From an uncultured delta proteobacterium (GTDB lineage: Bacteria; Myxococcota_A; Polyangia; Fen-1088), in contig CAVWUP010000032.1 of NCBI GenBank assembly GCA_963758155.1, forward strand, positions 2,478 to 66,477: a stretch of 64,000 bases of DNA, given 5' to 3'. The notes under the pieces are model-generated. The model had not been told where the DNA came from. It did no database searches and saw nothing but the letters and a program-made list of their open reading frames with translations. Below are positions 57,045-64,000 of this stretch, one piece after another (the first letter of the stretch is position 1; every line of letters begins with the position of its first letter). A program made the translations under genes and the position numbers.

Positions 57045-58030
57045 AGAAGCTGGAGCAACGGCTGCGGCGCGCCCTGTTCATGGTGCCGTACCTGGCGAAG
57101 AAGGGGTACGCGGGTGCGCTGGTGTCCGAGGCGGCAGCCGCCATCGGCACCTCGCCCGAGGAACTTCGCAACGACGTCCACCGCCTGAGTCAGGTGGGCG
57201 TGCCTGACGGCGATCCCGGCCAGTACCTGACATTGTGGATTGAGGGCAGCGGCGCGAACGCGCGCATCGGTGCCGACACGGTGTGCCGCCTGAAGAAGCC
57301 GCCGCGACTGACCCTGCAAGAGGCGTTGGCTCTGCTGGTCGGCGCAGCCGCCGTGAAGAAGACTGGCATTGCCCCCTACGACGAGGCCATCGCCGGCGCC
57401 AGCAAGAAACTGCGCCAGGTGCTCGACTGCAACTCGCGCAGCGAAGCCGACTGTAGCGCACACATCGTTGTGCAGACCGCCGGCGCCGAGCACCGGGACA
57501 CCCTGGCCCGTCTGTCGCGTGCATGCAGCGATCGCCGCGCCGTCGAACTCGACTACGCCTCGCTGGCCGCGCAGAAGCGTAGGAAGATCCGCGTCCACCC
57601 CTACGGCCTACTCAATCACCGAGGCATCTGGTACGTGCTGGCCAAGAGCCTGAGCGACAAAGAGGGCCGCATCCTCATATTCCGCGCCGAGCGCATCCTG
57701 GGCGCCACCGTCCTCGACGAGACCTTCACGGTCCCGGCCGACTTCAACCTGCGCGACTACATGGGCGACCGGATGTTCATCACCGACGCGAAGCCCACCC
57801 AGATCGTGCTACGTCTGCGCGAGCCCGCAGCCGCGCGCCTGCGCCCCTGGTTCAAGCAGCAGAAGCGCCTGCGCGACGGCGCCGTTGAAGTGCGATTCAA
57901 AGACCACGCCACCGGCTACCTGGCCGCGTGGCTGCTACGCCAAGGCGAGGGCGTGGAGGTCGTCGCGCCAGTGGGCTTGCGGAAGTGGGTGTGCGGGATC
58001 GCGGAGCGGGTCAAGGAGGGGCATGGGTGA
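57041..58030 (+). CDS. WYL-domain HTH regulator, PafC-like, 329 aa
   Basis: ATGA coupling; RLRRALFMVPYL, PPRLTLQEALALL, VHPYGLLNHRGIWYVLA...IFRAERI. Confidence 0.9.
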   Translation: MKKLEQRLRRALFMVPYLAKKGYAGALVSEAAAAIGTSPEELRNDVHRLSQVGVPDGDPGQYLTLWIEGSGANARIGADTVCRLKKPPRLTLQEALALLVGAAAVKKTGIAPYDEAIAGASKKLRQVLDCNSRSEADCSAHIVVQTAGAEHRDTLARLSRACSDRRAVELDYASLAAQKRRKIRVHPYGLLNHRGIWYVLAKSLSDKEGRILIFRAERILGATVLDETFTVPADFNLRDYMGDRMFITDAKPTQIVLRLREPAAARLRPWFKQQKRLRDGAVEVRFKDHATGYLAAWLLRQGEGVEVVAPVGLRKWVCGIAERVKEGHG

Positions 58031-58075
58031 GCAGGACGCGCGTCATGGAAAGCCAACATCACGGCGGAGAAGTTC

Positions 58076-59302
58076 ATGATCATTTACGACCGAGCGAGTG
58101 AGTCGATTGTCGAGGCGGGACGGTGGCTAGACGAGGCTGACCTCGACCGATTTCTGCTTCAGCACCCCGAAGTGATGTCCCGTCTCCTCACCGGGGATGA
58201 CGAACGTGCTGTTTTCCCGCTCGCGGGAAATGGAATTGCAGCGCAATACCTCCAAATCGATGCGCTCTTCCTCTTCGTTGACCCGGATGGCAAACCAAGC
58301 CTGGTTGTCGTGGAGGACAAGCTTCAGTGCAACCAGGACCTCAAAAGGCGGCGCTCGGCCCTTGGCCAGGTACTCGAGTACTGCGCTAGCTTGCTGACGG
58401 AGCCCGATGCGACTTTCGAGGAAGAGTTGCGCAAGCGACTTGCCTCAGAGGAGTTGCGCAGGACCTACGCAGAATGTCAGCGACGCATCGAGGACTGGCC
58501 GCGCACAGAAGAAGAAATCATCAGCCTGGCGCTTGCAGCCAAGCGGGCGGGGCGGGTCAGGCTGCTTCTCTGTGCGGAAAGCATTCCTGCAGAACTTCGT
58601 ACGGCTGTGGCTTGGCTGAACGGCATGAAGATCGCCATTGATGTCTGCGAGATCGCACCCACTGACCGCGCGCAGCGGAGACTCGTGACTGCGGCCACGT
58701 TGATCGCCGGTGCCCTCGAAGCCGACGCGCGGTCGTTGGCGACAGATCCTGAGATGCGGGAGCAGGTTCGGAGCCTGGTCGGGGCCCTCAAGGACGCTGA
58801 ATGGCTCGTTTCAATTCTTGAGGTCACCCCACGATGCGGCGGCACCATGGTGAGCGCCCGTGCCACAGAGGTCGAAGCAAGCACGGCAGCAGGGAGCAAC
58901 CCCGACCGCATCGATCTGCCCAAATGGGGGAAGAATGCTGATGAGAACCTTCGTCGCCTGCACGAGATACTGAATCAGCGCCTCGCACTTGAGGGGACTT
59001 GGCGCACGGGAGCCGGGGATCTCTGCCTGGATCTCAAGACCGACCCGGTTGTGAAGGCGCTCCGACTAAGGCGTACCACCTTCACATTTGTAGCCCGCAA
59101 GGATCTCGCGAAGATCGGCGATTCCAATCTCCTGGACTGGTACGACAGCAAGATTCGTGAGTTCCCTGTCCGCGACGCTAGCAAGCCTCAGCCTAGTGTA
59201 GGCGGCGATGACCTCGCCCGTATCGTGGCAACCGGCGCCCCGAAACTCATCTCGTTCATCCAGGAACTCTTCAAACGGTTGACCGAGTTGCGGCACGAGT
59301 AG
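58076..59302 (+). CDS. NucS/PD-(D/E)XK-fold putative nuclease, 408 aa
   Basis: EADLDRFLLQHP...IDALFL...LVVVEDKL...ALGQVLEY fits E...D...ExK...QxxxY. Confidence 0.75.
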   Translation: MIIYDRASESIVEAGRWLDEADLDRFLLQHPEVMSRLLTGDDERAVFPLAGNGIAAQYLQIDALFLFVDPDGKPSLVVVEDKLQCNQDLKRRRSALGQVLEYCASLLTEPDATFEEELRKRLASEELRRTYAECQRRIEDWPRTEEEIISLALAAKRAGRVRLLLCAESIPAELRTAVAWLNGMKIAIDVCEIAPTDRAQRRLVTAATLIAGALEADARSLATDPEMREQVRSLVGALKDAEWLVSILEVTPRCGGTMVSARATEVEASTAAGSNPDRIDLPKWGKNADENLRRLHEILNQRLALEGTWRTGAGDLCLDLKTDPVVKALRLRRTTFTFVARKDLAKIGDSNLLDWYDSKIREFPVRDASKPQPSVGGDDLARIVATGAPKLISFIQELFKRLTELRHE

Positions 59303-59346
59303 TTCCGGCGGCGCACAAGCCCGGGCTCCTCCACCATCACCTCGCC

Positions 59347-60087
59347 TCACCCCTCCTCCGCCCAGTTTTCAAACCTCGTGTACTGGTTCAGGAACGTGAG
59401 CGGCACGTCGGCGGTGGGGCCGTGGCGGTTCTTGCCGATGATCAATTCGACGCGACCTTTCAATTCGGGGTTGTCGTCGAACATCTCCTCGTGGTGAAAG
59501 AAGAGAATCAGGTACACGCCGGTGATCTGGCGCCGATTTGTGGAGCGGGCCTCCAGACTCTCGACCAGGCCAGGCATCATGTCGCCCACGCGCCGGTAGC
59601 TGTCGCGACGGCCCTGCTGCGCCACCTTGAAGAACAGCGTCTCCGACTGGTCCAGGAACTGCCCGAACTCGCCGAATTCGCCGTAGCCGCACGACTGGAT
59701 CTCGGCGCACGCGGCGATCATCCGGCGCACGATGGCCTTCTCCTTCACCAGGCGCACGTAGTGCCCGATGTTCTCGGCCGTGGGCACGGCGTTGGCGATC
59801 TCGATGAGGTATGCGGCGCCGCCTTCCAGTCGCGCCAGACTGCCTCGGCTTTTGAGCTCGTCGCCCAGCGACACCACGTCGATGGGCTGCTGCCGACGCG
59901 AGATCTCCATCATCGCGTCGAAGATCTCGCGGTGGGCGGGCAGGAAGAAGTCGTCAGTACCCAACGTGGTGGCCAGCTCGTCGAACATGACGGGCTTGAC
60001 CAGCACGCCACCAAGCGCGGACCGCTCCGCGTCCAGGTTGTGCGGAGGGACGCGGGCAAAGTCAGAACCGGGGAATGTGTCAGCCAT
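59347..60087 (-). CDS. dnaB: Internally deleted DnaB (N-terminal domain + linker + last ~55 aa; ATPase core missing), 246 aa
   Basis: RVPPHNLDAERSALGGVL...DFFLPAHREIF...PIDVVSL...VPTAENIGHY...KAIVRRMI, then QITGV joined directly to LILFFHHEE...VELIIGKNRHGPTADVPLTF...YTRFEN. Confidence 0.88.
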   Translation of the reverse strand: MADTFPGSDFARVPPHNLDAERSALGGVLVKPVMFDELATTLGTDDFFLPAHREIFDAMMEISRRQQPIDVVSLGDELKSRGSLARLEGGAAYLIEIANAVPTAENIGHYVRLVKEKAIVRRMIAACAEIQSCGYGEFGEFGQFLDQSETLFFKVAQQGRRDSYRRVGDMMPGLVESLEARSTNRRQITGVYLILFFHHEEMFDDNPELKGRVELIIGKNRHGPTADVPLTFLNQYTRFENWAEEG

Positions 60088-60171
60088 GCGCCCAGGGTCG
60101 CGCGGGGGACTGACATGGTTTCGGCGTGTCAGTCGGCCACGTACACTGTGCAGCTCAGCCATCGTGTAACC

Positions 60172-60333
60172 ATGCGCCTCGCTGTCATCGCCGACGTCCA
60201 CGCCGACATCCACGCCTTGCGCGACGCCCTCGCGCAGGCCGAGCGGCTTGGCTGCACCGCTATCGTCTGCTCTGATGGCAGCGAGGTGCCGGTGCCCGTG
60301 GTGAAGACGGGAATCCACGATCTTCGACGGTGA
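60172..60333 (+). pseudogene. N-terminal fragment of a metallophosphoesterase
   Basis: MRLAVIADVHADIHALRDALAQAERLGCTAIVC parallels the N-terminus of 45114-45839, then similarity stops. Confidence 0.75.
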
Positions 60334-60388
60334 GGTGCTTGGGGCGCCTTGCAACTCGAGGACGTCGGGCTCGTGCTACACTCCAGTC

Positions 60389-60643
60389 ATGAGCGTCACG
60401 GTGAACGTCGTGGTCCCCGACGGTGCCCTTTCCGTGCTGCGCACCGACCCGTCAGAGTTCGGCGAGGAACTGAAACGCGCCGCCGTGTCTAAATGGTACG
60501 AGATGGGCATGGTCTCGCAGAGCAAGGGTGCCGAGATCCTCGGCATCAGCCGCTCCGAGTTTCTCGACGTGCTCTCGCGCTACCGCGTCTCGCCTTTCCA
60601 GGTCGACGACGAGGATCTCGCGGCAGGGCCAAAGCGTGGCTGA
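60389..60643 (+). CDS. UPF0175-family antitoxin-like protein, 84 aa
   Basis: ELKRAAVSKWYEMGMVSQSKGAEILGISRSEFLDVLSRYRVS. Confidence 0.88.
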   Translation: MSVTVNVVVPDGALSVLRTDPSEFGEELKRAAVSKWYEMGMVSQSKGAEILGISRSEFLDVLSRYRVSPFQVDDEDLAAGPKRG

Positions 60644-61115
60644 AGTTTGGGTAGTCAACGCCTCACCGCTCATCGTCTTCGACAGGCTGGGCCAACTCGA
60701 TCTGTTCGTACGCCTTGGCCACAAGCTGATTGTCCCCGGTGGGGTACTGGCAGAGATTTCCCGGGGACCAAGACCAATCAACGCCGATCGTCTCCATTCG
60801 TTCCTCACCCGAACGGTAGATGTGATCGATCCGATCGTCGCCGCTTGGGATCTCGGCTGCGGCGAGAGCGAGGTTCTGACCTGCGCCGCATCGGAGCATG
60901 CGGATGTCGCCGTACTTGACGATCGCGCTGCCCGCCGATGTGCCGCGGCCCTGGGCCTGGCGACGCACGGCACGCTGCACGTTCTCCTTCAAGCGAAGAA
61001 GGCCGGCCTGCTCCCGGCTGTCGCGCCGATGATCGACCGCGCCCGCACTGAGGGTCTCTTTCTATCGGACGCCCTGGTCGCGAAAGCCCTCCTGTTGGCC
61101 GGCGAGAGGCGATAG
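60636..61115 (+). CDS. DUF3368 PIN-domain protein, 159 aa
   Basis: VVNASPLI, DLGCGESEVL, LDDRAARRCA, GTLHVLLQAKKAG; overlaps the UPF0175 gene. Confidence 0.9.
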   Translation: MAEVWVVNASPLIVFDRLGQLDLFVRLGHKLIVPGGVLAEISRGPRPINADRLHSFLTRTVDVIDPIVAAWDLGCGESEVLTCAASEHADVAVLDDRAARRCAAALGLATHGTLHVLLQAKKAGLLPAVAPMIDRARTEGLFLSDALVAKALLLAGERR

Positions 61116-61264
61116 CTCGCCAACGCAGGGCGCCCTGCTTCGCGATCATGCCGGCGGCGACGGCTCGATCTCGGCCATCTTCGACCCGAAACTTCCGGAC
61201 CGGGCCTCGCCATCGGCGGCACGCGGACGCAATCCGTGTCAGCCCCCTGCTGTACCGTCGCTGT

Positions 61265-62398
61265 ATGAGCATGGACTGGCTGAAGAACTTCCCGGAACCG
61301 AAAGTTGACATGCAATGGACGTCGTCTGTACCTCAGGAGCTGGAAGCTGTCGCATGCACCGAACGGCTGCGGCGCTGCGGTGCCTACCACACGACGACTC
61401 TGAGGGGACTGCCTTCGACAAGCCTGCGCGCTGTCGCCGAGCGGGCCGAGAAGGCCGGTGGGACCCTCATCTTCCGGGACGCCACCGAGCCCGTCGATGC
61501 ACCGCTGCGAGATGTTGCCTTCGTATTTGCCTGGAACGATACCTTGGTTCGCATCGCGCAAGGTCGCGAGGAGGCCGAAGTCACCATCTCATCCAGCCAC
61601 CCAGAGGAAATCGAGCGTCTGGCCGACGAACTGAGACCCACCCTCGAGCGCGGGACGAACAGCTGGGTCCACATCCTTCGGGGTGATGGAAAAGGCGGAC
61701 TGTCCAGCACACCTGCCGTTCGACTGACCGAGCCGTTACAGCGGGGCAACTACGAGTCCGCCACCCTCGACGATTTCGACCACGTGGTTTCGGAGCTTGC
61801 CAACAGTTCGCCCTGTGGCCGCTTCGTTCTGCTTGATGGTCAGCCCGGCACGGGGAAGACGCACCTGGTTCGCGGTCTGACCACAGCAGCTCAGCGCGCG
61901 GTCTTCTTGATTGTACCTTCCACGCTAGCCGGACAGATGGGTCGCCCCGACGTGGTCGATGTTCTCCTGGGGTTGCGCAAATCCAGCCGAGAAGGCGCAC
62001 CAATCGTAGTTGTGGTCGAAGACGCGGATTCTTGCCTGGTGCCTCGACAGGCTGACAACGCCAACGCGATGGCCGAGATCCTGAATGCCACCGACGGGAT
62101 TCTGGGCCAGGCCCTGAACCTGTGGGTGGTCGCAACGACGAATGCCAAGCACTGCGAGATCGATCCCGCCCTCCTGCGACCGGGCCGGCTATGCCGCCGC
62201 ATCGAGATCCACCCGCTGCGCCCCGATCACGCGAGCCGGGTATTTGAGCGCCTGACGGGCGTTCCGCGCGTGTTCGACGTCCCCTTGCCCCTGGCCGACG
62301 TTTATGCCGCGGCCAGGGGGAGCAGGAATGCCGCCCTGTCAGTCGATCGGGGCGTCGGCTTTCGCACATCCCAGAAGCGGCTCGCTGCCGCGCGCTGA
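61265..62398 (+). CDS. AAA+ ATPase, about 377 aa
   Basis: LLDGQPGTGKT, VVVVEDAD, ILNATDG, ATTNA, IDPALLRPGR. Confidence 0.9.
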   Translation: MSMDWLKNFPEPKVDMQWTSSVPQELEAVACTERLRRCGAYHTTTLRGLPSTSLRAVAERAEKAGGTLIFRDATEPVDAPLRDVAFVFAWNDTLVRIAQGREEAEVTISSSHPEEIERLADELRPTLERGTNSWVHILRGDGKGGLSSTPAVRLTEPLQRGNYESATLDDFDHVVSELANSSPCGRFVLLDGQPGTGKTHLVRGLTTAAQRAVFLIVPSTLAGQMGRPDVVDVLLGLRKSSREGAPIVVVVEDADSCLVPRQADNANAMAEILNATDGILGQALNLWVVATTNAKHCEIDPALLRPGRLCRRIEIHPLRPDHASRVFERLTGVPRVFDVPLPLADVYAAARGSRNAALSVDRGVGFRTSQKRLAAAR

Positions 62399-62518
62399 CA
62401 CGACCTCGCGACAACTCGCCGAGCCGCCGCCGACCGGTTTTCGAGCCGTTATTCTTCGACACAAGCAAGAAGCAGGCGCGGTGTCACGCACCGTCGTTCG
62501 ACGTACGGTCCGTGCCCA

Positions 62519-62851
62519 TCACCAGCCGCTCGTCTCCCGGCGAATCTCGGCCGCGCGCTGCTGTTCGATGAACTTCCCCTGGTCGAACAGGACGCCGGCC
62601 TTCTCGGCGATCTCGCGGGCCTTATCGAGCTCGCCGCGCAGCTTCTCGGCCAGGAACGGCTGCCACACCACCTTGAACCCGAGCGCGTGAAAGTCGCGCG
62701 CCACTGCCTCCTCGTACTTCTGCGTGCGGCGGTTCCACGAGCACTGGATCACCTTGATGGTCACCGTGTCGCCCTCCAACGCCACGATGTACGAGCCCGC
62801 CGGGCCTGGACCAAGCCACCAGAACCGTTTGCGGAGTTCGCCGAGGGTCAT
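62519..62851 (-). CDS. Hypothetical protein B' (paralogue of 55552-55902), 110 aa
   Basis: ATG 62851 with AAAGGAG RBS; clear similarity to protein B. Confidence 0.8.
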   Translation of the reverse strand: MTLGELRKRFWWLGPGPAGSYIVALEGDTVTIKVIQCSWNRRTQKYEEAVARDFHALGFKVVWQPFLAEKLRGELDKAREIAEKAGVLFDQGKFIEQQRAAEIRRETSGW

Positions 62852-62988
62852 GGCCGAGGCGCTCCTTTCGTGGACCAGCACATGCCGCCCAACGTGGCAT
62901 GGGGCACTGACACGAAAAGCGGGCCGGTCGCGCCGGGTGCGCATCACCGGCGACGGCACACCTTGCGCCAGCGTGATAAACACCCGTC

Positions 62989-63387
62989 ATGCTTGTCGTC
63001 GATCCCTGGCACTGGCTGGACGCGAATGGAAACCTGCCGACAGACAACCTGCGCCTGCGACGGCAAGTGCTGCGCGTCGCGCGCTTCATCGAGTACGGAG
63101 GACCCCTCAAGCCGCTCGAATGCCGGGAGACGCTGATGGAGTGCAGGAAGCGGCCGGGCGGCAAGCCCTGCACCGGCCTGATGTGGGTGGAGAAGACCGA
63201 GCGAGACGACATCCAGGCATTCTGCCGGGTCTGTCGTAACGACGAGGCCGTGGTCCACAACTGGCAAGAGACCGACTGGGCCAACGGCATGATGGAAGCC
63301 GTGCCGGTGAACTTCGACGGCGCTGACAACGATTGTGGCCCGACGCCGCCCGGAAGCGGACCGCCACGGTCATCGACCGCGAACTGA
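62989..63387 (+). CDS. Cys-rich hypothetical protein A' (paralogue of 51455-51853), 132 aa
   Basis: 109/132 identity to protein A, opposite orientation. Confidence 0.85.
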   Translation: MLVVDPWHWLDANGNLPTDNLRLRRQVLRVARFIEYGGPLKPLECRETLMECRKRPGGKPCTGLMWVEKTERDDIQAFCRVCRNDEAVVHNWQETDWANGMMEAVPVNFDGADNDCGPTPPGSGPPRSSTAN

Positions 63388-63610
63388 GCGTCCTGTCCCT
63401 CGCCCTCCCCTCGATGCACGAACGTCAGGCCTGCTGGTGCGCGTGACCGCGCACCCACCGTAACCCCGGAAGACCTGACCGATATGTGCGCGTCCATCAA
63501 GGACGCAGCCCACCCCGGCGCAACCATCATCTTGAGCGCGACGATAGCCCGCGAAAGTATGGTTGGTGTGGCGGGCAAGTGAGTGAACGATCCTGAGCCG
63601 ACTGCGATAC

Positions 63611-64000
63611 TCAGTACCCGAAGTACCGCTGAACGGCTTTCCGCAGATTCTCGTCGCTCACGAAATCTGCGTCGAGTGCTTTGCACCGGAACTTGCGTCC
63701 GCCCCTCTCCCACTCCTTATTGAATGACGCATCTGCCTTACGATCGATGCTCAATCCGAGCCACACCGTTCCTCCGTCCGCAACGATCACCTTCGCTACA
63801 ACTGCGCCCGCCACATCGTCATAGAGGCTAAGGCTCTCCGAACATTCCTTGATTCGCAGCCGTTTGGGTTGGGCCAAGCCGGCGACATATCCCGCAACCT
63901 GCCGAGCCAGGCCCAAGGCGGCTTCTCCCTCTGGTTCGGCGGCACCACAGAGATTCAAGCAGTCCTTCCACTCCGGCCTGACTCCCATGTTCAAGGCCTT
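63611..64000 (-). CDS. 3' part of a hypothetical protein entering from the right edge
   Basis: Open frame from the window edge to the stop at 63611; no recognisable motif. Confidence 0.55.
   Translation of the reverse strand, partial: KALNMGVRPEWKDCLNLCGAAEPEGEAALGLARQVAGYVAGLAQPKRLRIKECSESLSLYDDVAGAVVAKVIVADGGTVWLGLSIDRKADASFNKEWERGGRKFRCKALDADFVSDENLRKAVQRYFGY

Noticed and set aside
59422-60333. 303-aa plus-strand ORF as a full gene
   Set aside because: Mostly antisense to mini-dnaB; only the part from 60172 has phosphoesterase similarity.

Overview
GC-rich bacterial accessory region (the DnaB- and WYL-like sequences suggest a Myxococcota/deltaproteobacterial host; this is inference). It is a mosaic defence island / degraded integrated element with no rRNA, tRNA, CRISPR array or integrase that I could see. 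Left: a DISARM-related operon (YprA/DUF1998 helicase-nuclease, SNF2 helicase, N6-adenine methylase fused to an S24 peptidase) followed by a Zn-ribbon protein, a stand-alone Hint/intein-N-like protein and a truncated downstream gene; a TPR membrane gene sits inside this operon between 20-bp direct repeats of the SNF2 start. Middle: two exported proteins, an HNH gene broken by an IS, an AddAB-like pair, an orphan ParB, and an Azaca-like triad (unknown + PLD + SNF2). Right: an ORF6N/RHH pair facing an operon of apparently catalytically dead HepT/MNT modules, HicB/RelB-like antitoxin pieces and an intact metallophosphoesterase (best candidate for an undescribed anti-toxin/decoy system), Bor + XRE, a primase-helicase broken by IS3, and an 11.9-kb block bracketed by an inverted duplicated two-gene module that carries GmrSD, PafBC-like WYL proteins, a NucS-like nuclease, an ATPase-less mini-DnaB, a PIN-type TA pair and an AAA ATPase. 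Several unexplained DNA repeats lie at module junctions. All family calls come from motif recognition by eye, not from database searches.
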